Shown here: positions 48,016 to 58,460 of the stretch, piece after piece
Position numbering within the stretch: the first letter of the stretch is position 1
Layout of the letters: each line of letters starts with the position of its first letter
DNA from: an uncultured Gemmatimonadales bacterium
GTDB taxonomy: Bacteria; Gemmatimonadota; Gemmatimonadetes; Gemmatimonadales; GWC2-71-9
Length of the DNA: 64,000 nucleotides
NCBI GenBank assembly: GCA_963798915.1
Contig: CAWCVB010000007.1
Span: 1 to 64,000, forward strand
Reading direction: 5' to 3'
Notes under the pieces: model-generated
Seen by the model: the letters and a program-made list of their open reading frames with translations, nothing else
What the model was told of the DNA's origin: nothing
The model's database searches: none
Translations under genes and position numbers: made by a program

Positions 48016-49719
48016 CTAGTGGGAAGTCACCGGTCCACGCGAGGCGATGCTCCACCGAGCGCCACTTTTCCGAAGCAGCAGCCACTGATCGAAGGATGCT
48101 CCCTGGTACCAGGGAGAACTGTACCGGTAGCGCACGACCATCCGATACGTGTCCGGTCCGGCAGGCTCGAGCCCCGAGAGCTGGACGTGGCTGCCGGTCT
48201 CCCTGGTGGGCGCTCTCCAGGGCTGGGCTCGGGGAATTTCGTGAAGCAGCGCCTGGAACAGCGACGGCTCGAGCGAGTCGCCAGCAATGCGAAGCCCGTC
48301 GATCCAGAGCGGGCGATGGAAGGGCGGGTCATACAGTCGGAGAGCCGCAACGTAGGCGCCCATGGCGTCGTCGGGATCGGTGCTGGTCGCGATCCGTGTC
48401 GCCCGGTAGGAGCCTTCACGGTAGAGTGGATGGATCACGAAGGCCGGCGAGCGCCCCGCAACGGCCTTCTCGAAGGTGACGATGGACCAGAGGGACCGGA
48501 GGAGGAATCTGCTCCCACCCTGCGGCACGAGGACATCAATCGGAGCGGCGCCGAGGTAGATGACAAGGTTCCCGCCCTGCTCGCGAACGTGGAGGGAGGC
48601 CCCGGGTGGAAGCGAGAGGTAGTCGGGCGGTGGGTGATACGAGCCCGGGACGGCAGCGATGATGGCTGGGTCAGCGGCCACCGGCGCGGTGACCGGGAGC
48701 GCCTTCGGCTCGTGACCGTTCGAGAGGTCGATCAGGGCGCGCGCCACGTCGTATGTCATCCCCGCGGCGTAGTCATTCGCCAAAACCACCGCAATCCGAT
48801 CTCCGTCCCGGACCAGCGCCGCGTTGTAGCCCGGGCATCGCCCCGTCTCGGCCCATTTGTCATCATCTGGAAAAAGGTCGGCCCACGTCGCCGCATCGAG
48901 CACCGGGTCGTGTCCGAGTGCCAGAGCCCAGCGGTGGAGATCGCGCGCGGTGGAGACCAGCGAGCCACCGCCGGTCTTGGTGACCATCTCCTGGAACGGG
49001 GCGCGGATCGTTTGTCCAAAGGCGAGCGGGCTGGGTGCGTAGCCCCGAGCGCGGGCCCGCACGATTTCCCCGTCCGACTCATTGTGAGTGTGGGTAAGGC
49101 CCAGCGGCCCCAGGATCTCGTCCTGCAGCAGCGGTCCGTATGGGCGCGCTGCGGCGAGCTCAAGGATCCGGGTCGCCACTGCGTAGCCACCGTTACTGTA
49201 ACGCCGTTCGGCTCCCGGCTCGAAATCGAGCGGCAGCCGGGCGATCGAGTCGACGAGTTGGGCCAGGGTGTGGGGCGCAGGTGACTCTTCGTCGTACGGG
49301 AGTGAGTTCACGCTTGGCACGCCGGCCCGGTGGTCGAGCAGGAGACGGAGAGTGATGCGATCAGCGTCCGGAAAGGCGGGAAGCCATCGCGCGATCGGTG
49401 CGTCCAGGTCCACAACCCCGCGCATGGCAAGTCGGCCGGCCAACGCGCGGGTGAATGCCTTGGTGATGGAAGCGATCCGGAAGACGTTCCCGGTCGCAAG
49501 CGGGATATCCTCCTCGAGGTCCGCCGCTCCGTACGCCTTCTGGAAGAGAACCGAGTCACCACGGGCGACGAGGACCACACCACGGAACACGTGGATTGCC
49601 TGCAGCGGCGCCAGATAGGCGTCGACAGCGGTCTCCAGGTCGCGGCTCGCAGTGCGCGCGCCGGTCGGCGGTCGCGTGGGGGCAAGGGCGGCCAGGACCA
49701 GGAGCGAGAGAACACGCAC
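48016..49719 (-). CDS. Beta-lactamase-related serine hydrolase, secreted
   Basis: FRIASITK (SxxK), LLDHRAG, YSN. Confidence 0.88.
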   Translation of the reverse strand: MRVLSLLVLAALAPTRPPTGARTASRDLETAVDAYLAPLQAIHVFRGVVLVARGDSVLFQKAYGAADLEEDIPLATGNVFRIASITKAFTRALAGRLAMRGVVDLDAPIARWLPAFPDADRITLRLLLDHRAGVPSVNSLPYDEESPAPHTLAQLVDSIARLPLDFEPGAERRYSNGGYAVATRILELAAARPYGPLLQDEILGPLGLTHTHNESDGEIVRARARGYAPSPLAFGQTIRAPFQEMVTKTGGGSLVSTARDLHRWALALGHDPVLDAATWADLFPDDDKWAETGRCPGYNAALVRDGDRIAVVLANDYAAGMTYDVARALIDLSNGHEPKALPVTAPVAADPAIIAAVPGSYHPPPDYLSLPPGASLHVREQGGNLVIYLGAAPIDVLVPQGGSRFLLRSLWSIVTFEKAVAGRSPAFVIHPLYREGSYRATRIATSTDPDDAMGAYVAALRLYDPPFHRPLWIDGLRIAGDSLEPSLFQALLHEIPRAQPWRAPTRETGSHVQLSGLEPAGPDTYRMVVRYRYSSPWYQGASFDQWLLLRKSGARWSIASRGPVTSH

Positions 49720-49847
49720 GGAGACCTCCAGAACAGGGTCGCGAGGGATTTCACGATCCTAACGAGTGGGCTGATGGTTTCCGAAGAGTTTTCCGGTGGA
49801 CGGCGCGAGGAGCGGCTGAACGGTCGGAACCGCAAACGAACGGAGCA

Positions 49848-50090
49848 TCAATGGAGCACGGTGACGTGAAGGTGCGCAGCGCCAGCAACGGTATCAATCT
49901 TGTCGGAAGGAAGTCGGACCAGCTCCTCGCACAACACCTGCCATCGTGCTCCGTAGACCATCCGCAACCTGGCAATGTGTCGCTCGAAAGAGCCCTCCGC
50001 GATGAACTCGGCCAGGATGGCCTGGAGAGACAGCTGCTGGTCGTGCAGCGGCAGGGCACCTTCCCGCTGCAGCTCGATCCTGGAAAGCAT
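49848..50090 (-). pseudogene. Internally deleted MocR-family regulator remnant
   Basis: N-terminal IELQREGALPLHDQ fused to C-terminal QAILAEFIAEGSFERHIARLRMVY (compare LTDFIESGHFGRHLRRMRQVY near 27730). Confidence 0.65.
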
Positions 50091-50382
50091 TGGCTGTTCC
50101 GAGATTATCGTTTACTGATCCTTGCGGCATACCAAAGTGCACCGCGGTGGTTCGGTTGCCGGCCGTTCGTCTAGCAGGCCAATCGGCCGAGGCTGGCCGA
50201 ATCGGATCGAGATGAATTATTCAGAAAATCCAGCATGATCCGAACGTGGTGAGATTGATGACCAAACGTGGAGCACATCATGTCGTTCATCCGGTTTCAC
50301 GGACCCGCCGCCTGGTCGGTCTGGTGATCGCGCCTGCCGTCCTGGCCACCTGCCAGGCCGAGCCCAATCCCGGGCACATGGT

Positions 50383-51762
50383 ATGACCATGATGCGAGCA
50401 GCACACGGTAGACCGCGCGTCCCGGCGGGACCTCGTCTGGCGCTGCCGGCACTGATCAGCCTGCTCGCGACCGCGGCGCCAACGCCACCGGTTCATGCCC
50501 CGGCGGCGGAAACTGTTGCGGTCACCCACGTAACAGTGGTCCCGATGGACCGCGAGCGGCGGATCCGGGACCAGACCGTGGTCGTCCGGGATGGACGCAT
50601 CGTGGCGCTGGGACCGGCCAAATCCACGCCGGTGCCGCGCGAGGCGCAGCACATCGACGGCAGGGGCCGCTACCTGATGCCGGGCCTGACGGACATGCAT
50701 GTGCACCTTTTCTGGTCGCGCGATCTCGTGCTGTTCCTGGCCAACGGTGTCACGACGATCCGCAACATGGGCGGCTGGGGTGCGGCGGACAGCATCCTGC
50801 GATTGCGGACCGAGGTCGCACGCGGTGAGCGGGCCGGCCCGACCATCTACACGACCGGCAATTGGCTGGACGGCGACCAGCCGGTACGCGAAATCAACAC
50901 GGTGGTGCCAACTCCCGAGGCCGCACGCCAGATCGTGCGCGCGCAGAAGCTGGCCGGCTACGACTATATCAAGGTCTACGCCCGGCTCTCGGCGCCGGTG
51001 TACGCCCAGATCATGGCAACGGCGCACCAGGTCGGGATCCCGGTCACGGGCCACATTCCCGCCGCGGTCGGGCTGGACGGCGTGCTCGCGGCCGGTCAGG
51101 TGGACATCGCGCATGCCGCGCAGGTCTACCTCTTCGGCTTCCCCGCCGGCCCCGACACCGCCCGCATCGCGGAGGTCGCCCGCCAGATTCGGGAAGCGGG
51201 AACCGCGGTGACCACCACGCTGATCATGATGCAGCGGTCGGCCGCCATGCGCGGCGACAGCGCCTACCTCCGGGAACTGCTCGCACGGCCCCAGGCCCGT
51301 TACCTGGGCCAGGCCGAGCGGCGGTTCTGGGTCGAGGACAACCCGTTTCTCGCCCTGCCGCCTTCCGCCGCCTTTCAGCAAGGCGTCGAGTTCACCATGG
51401 GGCCGCTGGTGCGCGGCCTGCACCAGCAGGGCGTCGACCTGATGCTCGGCACTGATTGCGGGCTCTGGGCCAATCCGCCCGGCTTCTCGGCCATCGAGGA
51501 ACTGCATGATCTGGTCGCTGCCGGACTCTCGCCCTACCAGGCGCTGCGGACGGCCACGGTGAACCCGGCGGAGTTCCTCACGCGCACAACGGGACGCTCT
51601 GCGGGTAGTGGTACGGTCGCGATTGGTGAGCCGGCCAACCTGCTGCTGCTCACGGCCGACCCGTTGGCCAATGTTGGGAACGTCGCGCGTCGTGCCGGTG
51701 TGGTGGTGCGCGGCCGCTGGTGGTCCGAAGCGGAGTTGCAGGACAGCCTTCGGAGCCGGTAA
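50383..51762 (+). CDS. Amidohydrolase family protein
   Basis: LMPGLTDMHVH, GVTTIRNMG, GYDYIKVY, GTD, ATVNPA. Confidence 0.9.
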   Translation: MTMMRAAHGRPRVPAGPRLALPALISLLATAAPTPPVHAPAAETVAVTHVTVVPMDRERRIRDQTVVVRDGRIVALGPAKSTPVPREAQHIDGRGRYLMPGLTDMHVHLFWSRDLVLFLANGVTTIRNMGGWGAADSILRLRTEVARGERAGPTIYTTGNWLDGDQPVREINTVVPTPEAARQIVRAQKLAGYDYIKVYARLSAPVYAQIMATAHQVGIPVTGHIPAAVGLDGVLAAGQVDIAHAAQVYLFGFPAGPDTARIAEVARQIREAGTAVTTTLIMMQRSAAMRGDSAYLRELLARPQARYLGQAERRFWVEDNPFLALPPSAAFQQGVEFTMGPLVRGLHQQGVDLMLGTDCGLWANPPGFSAIEELHDLVAAGLSPYQALRTATVNPAEFLTRTTGRSAGSGTVAIGEPANLLLLTADPLANVGNVARRAGVVVRGRWWSEAELQDSLRSR

Positions 51763-51966
51763 CGTACCACATGCGGTCGGCGCGCACCGGGCAACAACTG
51801 ACGGGAGATATGCGGCGCGGCGTGCGACTGCGACCGGAATCCTCCTGTGATCGCCGAATTCACCGGGGCCGAGCTCGCCGCGCCGGAGTGCGGGCCGGGC
51901 GGAACGCGATCCAACTCGCCTGAGGCCGCGGTAGTCAGTCAGCGCCGCGAGCTACGAGGAGATCTG

Positions 51967-53208
51967 ATGAAGCGAGTGCGTTGTGCCGTCGCGCGTCTGG
52001 TGAAGCCGGGAATCCATGCCGGCACGACATCCATGCTCGCATCGATTTGCGCGCTCATCCTAAGCATTCCGCTGACCGTGGGCGGCTGCGCCGGGCGTGC
52101 TGGCGCGGAACCCATGCCCGACTCACTCATGATCGACAGTACCGCCCGTGCACTGATGCGGCGTGAACACGTCCAGGGATTGGCGCTCGCCGTCATTGAC
52201 GGCGGCAGGGTGAACCAGGTGGCGTCCTACGGGATCCGGAACGCCGCCGGTGACCCGCTCACCACCGAAACCGTCATGTACGGCGCGTCGCTCACGAAGA
52301 CCGCCTTCACGTACCTGGTCATGCAGCTGGTGGACGAAGGACGACTGGACCTCGATGCCTCGATCGCCGACTTGCTGCCGCGTCCACTGCCGGAGTACGA
52401 GGACTATCACGACCTGGCGGGGGATGCCCGCTGGAAGGCCCTGACCATGCGGATTCTGCTCACGCACACGTCGGGGTTCGCCAATTTCCGGTGGCTGGAG
52501 GACGACGGCAAGCTCCGTTTTCACTCCGATCCCGGCACGCGCTACGGCTACTCGGGGGAAGGCTTCTACATCGCCCAGCTCGTACTCGAGCAGGCGCTGG
52601 GGCTGGATGTCGGACGAGAGATGCAGACGCGGATCTTCGACCGCTTCGGCATGACGCGGACCTCGATGCAGTGGCGCCCGGACTTCCGGCCCAACCTGGC
52701 GGATGGGTTTCGAATCGATGGAACGCCAGAGCCGCATGACGAGCGGTCGAGCGTCAGCGCGGCCGGTTCGATGGATACCGACATTGCCGATCAGGCCAGA
52801 CTCTGGGCCGGCATCGTACGGGGCGACGGGCTCAGCCGCCAGGCCCGCGCCGAGATGGTCCGGGCCCAGATGCTGATCACGTCGGCGCATCAATTCCCGA
52901 CCCTGGCTCCCGACACCAACCACGCCAATGTGGCCATCGCGTTGTCGGCCGGTCTGGGGCTGGTGACCTTCCAGGGCCCTCAGGGCAAAGTCTGGTTCAA
53001 GGGTGGCCACAACGAGTGGACCGGCAACATGGTTGTCTGCATTGAGCGGGAGCGGCGCTGCCTGGTGCTGCTGTCCAACGACGTGCGGTCAGAGCGGCTT
53101 TACCCCGAACTCATGCGAGCGGTCCTCGGCGAGACGGGGCTGCCCTGGCCTTGGGAATATCAATGGCTTCCGCCGCACATGTTCGCGCTCGGCACCGGCC
53201 CGCGTTAA
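51967..53208 (+). CDS. Beta-lactamase-related serine hydrolase
   Basis: GASLTK, LLTHTSG, YSGEG, FKGG. Confidence 0.88.
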   Translation: MKRVRCAVARLVKPGIHAGTTSMLASICALILSIPLTVGGCAGRAGAEPMPDSLMIDSTARALMRREHVQGLALAVIDGGRVNQVASYGIRNAAGDPLTTETVMYGASLTKTAFTYLVMQLVDEGRLDLDASIADLLPRPLPEYEDYHDLAGDARWKALTMRILLTHTSGFANFRWLEDDGKLRFHSDPGTRYGYSGEGFYIAQLVLEQALGLDVGREMQTRIFDRFGMTRTSMQWRPDFRPNLADGFRIDGTPEPHDERSSVSAAGSMDTDIADQARLWAGIVRGDGLSRQARAEMVRAQMLITSAHQFPTLAPDTNHANVAIALSAGLGLVTFQGPQGKVWFKGGHNEWTGNMVVCIERERRCLVLLSNDVRSERLYPELMRAVLGETGLPWPWEYQWLPPHMFALGTGPR

Positions 53209-53238
53209 CCCGATGTTCGCGCCAAAGAGCCGCTGCCG

Positions 53239-53559
53239 TCACACCCAGACGTCGTGGGGTGCGGTCCGGTCGCCACCTTCGCCGCCGGTGTTGCGCACCC
53301 CTCGCGGCTCGATGAGCAGCAGCGTGACCTCATGCTCCGCGTTTGGCTTGTGCTCGAGCCCTTTCGGCACCACCAACATTTCGCCGGGTGAGAGGCGCAC
53401 GGCGCCGTCGCGAAAGTCGATCCTGAGGCGGCCATCGAGCATCAGGAACGTTTCGTCGGTGTCCTTTTGATACTCGTTCATCTCGGCGACCACCCGGGGC
53501 TGCCACTGCTCATCGATGAGCCCCAGCTTGTCCATGAGGTTGATGGCCTGAGAGGTCAC
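53239..53559 (-). pseudogene. Cupin protein with apparent in-frame internal deletion
   Basis: PRVVAEMNEYQ joined directly to KDTDETF; VVPKGLEHKP retained. Confidence 0.6.
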
Positions 53560-53758
53560 GCGCTCTCCAGATAAAGTCGACCCGACTCATCGCTCGCTGC
53601 GCCACATGGCGCCCTCGGCGCGTGGCCACCGGCAGGTTCGGCCTCCGCCTGCGCCGGCGACGCTCCGCACCCGTATCAAGCGGTCAACGCGCTTCCTGCG
53701 AAAGTGAAAGCGGGAGGTCGGCCGGGCGACGCACAGGCCGCCCGGCCGTGGGAATGTA

Positions 53759-54118
53759 TCAGCTGCGCTCGTCGAAATGATCCAGGCAGAACTGCTCCAC
53801 CTCCTGCGGATCGCTGGACGCGAACGATTCGCTGCCGAACTGGGAATAGTTCTCGCTGGCGCTCACATACTGGCAGTTGGTGAACATGGAATTCTGGTTC
53901 AGCTTGCTGCCGGCGTAGATCTCGCCCTCCTCGCCATTGGGCAGGGTGACCGGATCAAAATGGAACTTCAGGTTGAAGTGATCGGACTTCGACTGGGCAA
54001 GCTGGACCTGGCCGGCATCGGGCCCCAGCGGGGCGCTGCTGTCCGCACACGCGGCGACGCCCAGGATGCCGCAGGCCGCAACGCTCAGGGCCAAGCGGTG
54101 AATATGAGTGACAAACAT
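53759..54118 (-). CDS. Small hypothetical lipoprotein
   Basis: Lipobox VAAC, GGGAG RBS, Cys pair; GC hairpin downstream at 53719-53748. Confidence 0.7.
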   Translation of the reverse strand: MFVTHIHRLALSVAACGILGVAACADSSAPLGPDAGQVQLAQSKSDHFNLKFHFDPVTLPNGEEGEIYAGSKLNQNSMFTNCQYVSASENYSQFGSESFASSDPQEVEQFCLDHFDERS

Positions 54119-54611
54119 GGCAAGACTCCCTTCTGGAAATGCTTACAGCTATTTGCTGACGTCTTTCTACTATAAAAGGCTGACCATCCTCCGCCACCCT
54201 TGGGGGCAGGGACGTCCGGCTGCTTCAGGTCAATAGCTGCGAGTCGAACAGTTCGACGCCAGACCTCAGCGCTATCTCGAAGGCTGCCGCCAGACCGGGA
54301 TGTGGCCGGCGCCGGCGGGGTGCGGCCGAATATCAACTACAGGGCGACTCCGCCGACCAGGCGGAGAATGATGAGCGTCGGTGAAGGACTTCGGGGTCAT
54401 CCTGTCCGCCAGTCCGTTCACAGCAGCGGTCGACGGTGGGTCAGCTCGGTGAAGGATGCTCACCGTCCATTGCCGAGCTCGAACGCGAAGAGACGCGCGA
54501 AAAGTGAAAGGCGAGCTGCGCCCCACAACGGTCCGCCGGCTCGCTCGGCCCATCCCTGGCGAAATGAACCGAAGCGGTGTTTAGATTCCCTTTCCCTGGC
54601 CGGAAGGCCCT

Positions 54612-55655
54612 ATGATGAAACGGGCTGTGAAATGGCTGCTGGCCGCAGTCGTCCTGCTGATTCTGGCGGGTGCGGCAATGCTCGCCCGCCGCGGCTCGAC
54701 ACCGCGCATCCATGGCCCGAGCGCCGTAGCGGAACTCCGGCAGCTGTCCCTGGGCGGGGATCCGCAGTGGGTGCTGATTCGCGGGCAGCATCGCTGCAAT
54801 CCGGTGGTCCTTTTCCTCCACGGCGGCCCTGGCATGCCGACGATGTTCCTCGCCCATGACTTTCAGCGCGACTGGGAGAAGTACCTCACCGTCGTTCAGT
54901 GGGACCGCCTTGGAGCCGGGAAATCCTACGCCGCCGGACTCGCCTACGACTCCTTTACCGTCCGCCGCACGCTCGACGACACGCACGCGCTCGCCTCGTG
55001 GCTGCGCAAGCGCTTCGACGTGCCAGGCGTCGTCCTGGTCGGCCACTCGTGGGGCTCATACATCGGCATGCGTGCCATCGCCGAACGGCCCGACCTTTAT
55101 CTCGCCTACGTCGGCACCGGTCAGCTTGCCGGCTCCCGCGAAGCGCGCGCCCGGGCCCGCGCCGCCGAGCTCCGCCCTCTGGCCCAGGCCCGCGGCGACA
55201 CAGCGCTACTCCAGATGCTCGAGCACGATCAAACTGTTCCCGAGAACACACTCTTCCGATATCACGGTGAGCTGGTCAAGGCTCATAGCTTCCTCCCGAT
55301 CCTCCTCACAGGACTTCGGGCGCGCGAATACACGCTCCACGACGTGCTTGACGTCGGGCGCGGCGCCCAGCGCGTCGGTCGCCTCATGCGCGGCGACGAC
55401 GTGCCGCTCGATTCCGCCGTCCGCAAGGTCCGGGTGCCCGTCTACTTCTTCCTCGGCCGCCATGACATGAATACCCCACCGGCCACCGCGGTCTCGTACC
55501 TCCAACAACTTGACGCGCCCGAGAAGGGGATTCGCTGGTTTGACAGCTCGGCGCACTTCCCCTTCTGGGAGGAGTCCGCCCGGTTCGGCAACGAACTGCG
55601 TGGGATTGCGGACGAGGTGCACGGCGCGGCGCCATGCCGGCTGGCCGGAGGCTGA
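54612..55655 (+). CDS. Alpha/beta hydrolase, proline iminopeptidase-like
   Basis: LHGGPG, WDRLGAGKS, GHSWG, SAHFP. Confidence 0.9.
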   Translation: MMKRAVKWLLAAVVLLILAGAAMLARRGSTPRIHGPSAVAELRQLSLGGDPQWVLIRGQHRCNPVVLFLHGGPGMPTMFLAHDFQRDWEKYLTVVQWDRLGAGKSYAAGLAYDSFTVRRTLDDTHALASWLRKRFDVPGVVLVGHSWGSYIGMRAIAERPDLYLAYVGTGQLAGSREARARARAAELRPLAQARGDTALLQMLEHDQTVPENTLFRYHGELVKAHSFLPILLTGLRAREYTLHDVLDVGRGAQRVGRLMRGDDVPLDSAVRKVRVPVYFFLGRHDMNTPPATAVSYLQQLDAPEKGIRWFDSSAHFPFWEESARFGNELRGIADEVHGAAPCRLAGG

Positions 55656-55909
55656 GATCGCTTCGGTTCAATGTCCGACCTTGGCCTGAATCAGTACAGC
55701 TTGGCCGCGGACCGTGGGCTTTCAGCCGCTCCGGTCGAGTAGCCGCTCGCCGGGAGTCGATGGCGCCGCTTTCCGCCAGCGCCGCGATCTGGATGACCTG
55801 TTCGCCATTGGTCTGCAGGAAACAGCGCTCCTACCGAGCCTTGTGCTTCCGCGCGTCGCGTGGGGCCTTCTGGACAGCACCCTGATCGCGAGGTCTGTGT
55901 GGGTTGGAC

Positions 55910-56593
55910 CTACGGATTGGAGAGTAGCTTCACCGCATGCTCGGCAATCGTCGCCATCTGTCGCTCGCGTTCGCGGGCCCAGCCCGGTAACCGAAGCAGG
56001 TTGGCTCCGAAGGCGGCGAGCGCCATGCCGCCGAACATGCCGAGGACCGTCAACGCCTTGCCCGGCTTGCCATCGGCAGCGACCACCGCCGCCATGAGCA
56101 GTGCCAGCCCGCCCATCATGAGCCCCACCACATTGATGGCAGCAGCGTCTCCCTTGAGCGTGCTGAGACGGAGTTGTTCGCCATGCCCGGTCGGCTCGAC
56201 ACAGATGTGCAGGTTGCCGTTGGACCATTCGCGGAGCCCGCCGGAGCTCATGGCGTGGCCTCGTACGCCGAACGTCGTCCTGAATGCAGCAATCAGTTGT
56301 TCCCACTCTCGATCCGTTGGCGCGCGCGGCAGATCCACCACCCGCGACACCCCGACCGGCAGCCCGAAGGAACGCCGGATCGGCGGCTGCCTCCCGCGGG
56401 CGTCGAGACTCGCCGCCGCTGCTGCGACTCGCGCCGGCTCGATGCCCGCCTCCTGGCCGATCTGCTGGAGCTCACCGAGCGTGAGACCGCCCGGTTCGGC
56501 GGGCAGCGACTGGTCGCGTGGATCGCCTGTCGTCGCGAGACTGAAGATTTCGCGGACCTCATCGTCTCCGTATTTCCGTATCGGCATGGTCAT
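55910..56593 (-). CDS. Hypothetical membrane protein
   Basis: YGDDEVREIF, GLTLGELQQIGQEAGI, two C-terminal TM segments. Confidence 0.7.
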   Translation of the reverse strand: MTMPIRKYGDDEVREIFSLATTGDPRDQSLPAEPGGLTLGELQQIGQEAGIEPARVAAAAASLDARGRQPPIRRSFGLPVGVSRVVDLPRAPTDREWEQLIAAFRTTFGVRGHAMSSGGLREWSNGNLHICVEPTGHGEQLRLSTLKGDAAAINVVGLMMGGLALLMAAVVAADGKPGKALTVLGMFGGMALAAFGANLLRLPGWARERERQMATIAEHAVKLLSNP

Positions 56594-56621
56594 CGATTGT
56601 ACAGTGGGCGCCCGGCTTGCG

Positions 56622-57072
56622 CTACCGCTCCGGGGCCCCGGGCCGCGCGCACGAGATGGTCCATCGGAACCCATCCGGATCGCGCACGCGGAAGATGCGG
56701 ACCCCACGGCGTGTCGGTAGGCTCGGTATCCAGGGTGCCAGCATGGGCGCGGGCCCGTACCGCGAGCAGGTCCGCGTCCTGGGTGGTACTGAGCTGGAGC
56801 GAGAAGCCGACGCCCTTCGTGCGGTCAGCGCCCTGCGCGCCGTCGTCCTGTGTCAACAGCACGCGGACGGCGCCGGCCTTGAGCGAAACTGCGACCAGGC
56901 GACCGTTGCGCTCGTGCCGGCGCTCGAGCGTGAAGCCCAGAGCATCCTGGTACCAGGACACGCTCTGGTCCAGATCGCGAACAGTGAGTGAGGCCGCGAG
57001 TTCGTGTGCGTCGAGCGGCTGACCGGCATCGGGTAGATCAGGAGAGATGGACACAGCGGACCTTGATTCCAT
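56622..57072 (-). CDS. VOC family protein, frameshift near 56700
   Basis: VRDLDQSVSWYQDALGF, DTPWG, then IFRVRDPDGF in the shifted frame. Confidence 0.85.
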
Positions 57073-57164
57073 GTGCATGCGGTTCGGCGCCACGGCACCG
57101 CAAGGCAGCCGCAAGGCCGCCGCAAGGCCGCCGCGTCACCGCGGAGTAATCAACCTAACGGAGC

Positions 57165-57914
57165 TCACATCCGGTTGTCGTCAGACTGTGTGTACCCGTG
57201 AGCAAGCTGCACCGCGGCGACGACCAGCTCGGTATTGTCATGTGCGTCACTGCCGTCGGGCAGCACCGCGACGTCTTCGAGCCCTGTCCGGATGCCGTGA
57301 CCTCGTTCAAGTGCGCGCCGGTTCACGGCCCAGCAGGCCAGATCATAGCCATGATGCACCTGCTCCAGCTCGATTCCGGCGGACAGCACGATCGCTTCCA
57401 TCTCTGCCGCATGCCGCAACGCCACGGCCGGATCAAGGTCGAGCGGCTCGATCAACACCCGGCGACAGCGGTTCGCGAGGCCAGAGCGTACGAACGCGCG
57501 CGCATCCTTGCTGCTCAACAATCCAGCCTCGATGCCGACGCCCCTGGCCAGCAGCACCTCACACAGGTGGACTATGCCTGGTTCGCCCTGATTGGCCGAC
57601 ACCAGGTCCGGGAGCTCTTCCCAGGCCTCGATAATAGCCAGACGCTCCCGCGGATCGCTGACGATCGCCGCCGATGTGGTCATGGACACGGAAATGCCGG
57701 GGCAGGTGGCTCGGACGGCACGCAGTACGCGTGCACACGCGGCGCTCTCGAGGGTCTCGCAACCCATCTGGTCGAAGGCGTGGACATGGACTGAATGCGC
57801 ACCGGACGCGATGGCGGCGCGTGCCGCGTCGGCGATGTGGGACGGACGACGTGGGGCGGCTGGATGAATCCTGTCGCCGTTCAGCGCAGCCTGCAGGAAG
57901 ACGGTACTCGACAT
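57165..57914 (-). CDS. BKACE/DUF849 beta-keto acid cleavage family protein
   Basis: LQAALNG, GAHSVHVH, GIRTGLED. Confidence 0.88.
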   Translation of the reverse strand: MSSTVFLQAALNGDRIHPAAPRRPSHIADAARAAIASGAHSVHVHAFDQMGCETLESAACARVLRAVRATCPGISVSMTTSAAIVSDPRERLAIIEAWEELPDLVSANQGEPGIVHLCEVLLARGVGIEAGLLSSKDARAFVRSGLANRCRRVLIEPLDLDPAVALRHAAEMEAIVLSAGIELEQVHHGYDLACWAVNRRALERGHGIRTGLEDVAVLPDGSDAHDNTELVVAAVQLAHGYTQSDDNRM

Positions 57915-57956
57915 CTCTTTTCGTGTGTTGCGCGACCTCGATTACGACCGAGCCTG

Positions 57957-58460
57957 CTACGGGGTGAGCGCCGAGGTGTCGCGCAGCTGCCGCTGGTACT
58001 CCGCCTCGTCATAGTGGCCCAGCGACCGCGCGATCAGGCCAACCGGCGCGAATGTCCATTCCTCGCGGCCCGTGATGCGGACAGCCTTGCCCGTGCCGCC
58101 GGGCCCCGTGTTGGTGCCGGTCCACGTCCAGTGGAAGATGGCGGTGTTGCCATCTGCGATCACGGAGTCCATGCGGACGACCATGTCGGGAAACGCCGCC
58201 ATGAAGGCCTGCGCCGTTTCACGAACGGCCGCACGCCCCTTGGCCGGCGCGCCGTCATTCACCTGCAACGATCCCGTATCCGTATAGAACGAGGCCAGGC
58301 TGTCGGGGCTCTGGCTGCTCCAGGCCGCGGCGTAGCGCGTGGCAAAATCGGTGAGCTCGGCGTGCGTCATGGGCGTCGTACCACCTGTGCAGGCAAGCAT
58401 GAGGACACTCGCGGCCAGCCACCACCGTGGCGCCGTTGCGAGCGGCATGAGACGCATCAC
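57957..58460 (-). CDS. SnoaL-like/NTF2 ester cyclase family lipoprotein
   Basis: YAAAWSSQ, FMAAFPDM, WTWTGTNTGPGG. Confidence 0.85.
   Translation of the reverse strand: MMRLMPLATAPRWWLAASVLMLACTGGTTPMTHAELTDFATRYAAAWSSQSPDSLASFYTDTGSLQVNDGAPAKGRAAVRETAQAFMAAFPDMVVRMDSVIADGNTAIFHWTWTGTNTGPGGTGKAVRITGREEWTFAPVGLIARSLGHYDEAEYQRQLRDTSALTP

Noticed and set aside
57097..57135. CCGCAAGGC x3 short repeat
   Set aside because: Too short and isolated to interpret
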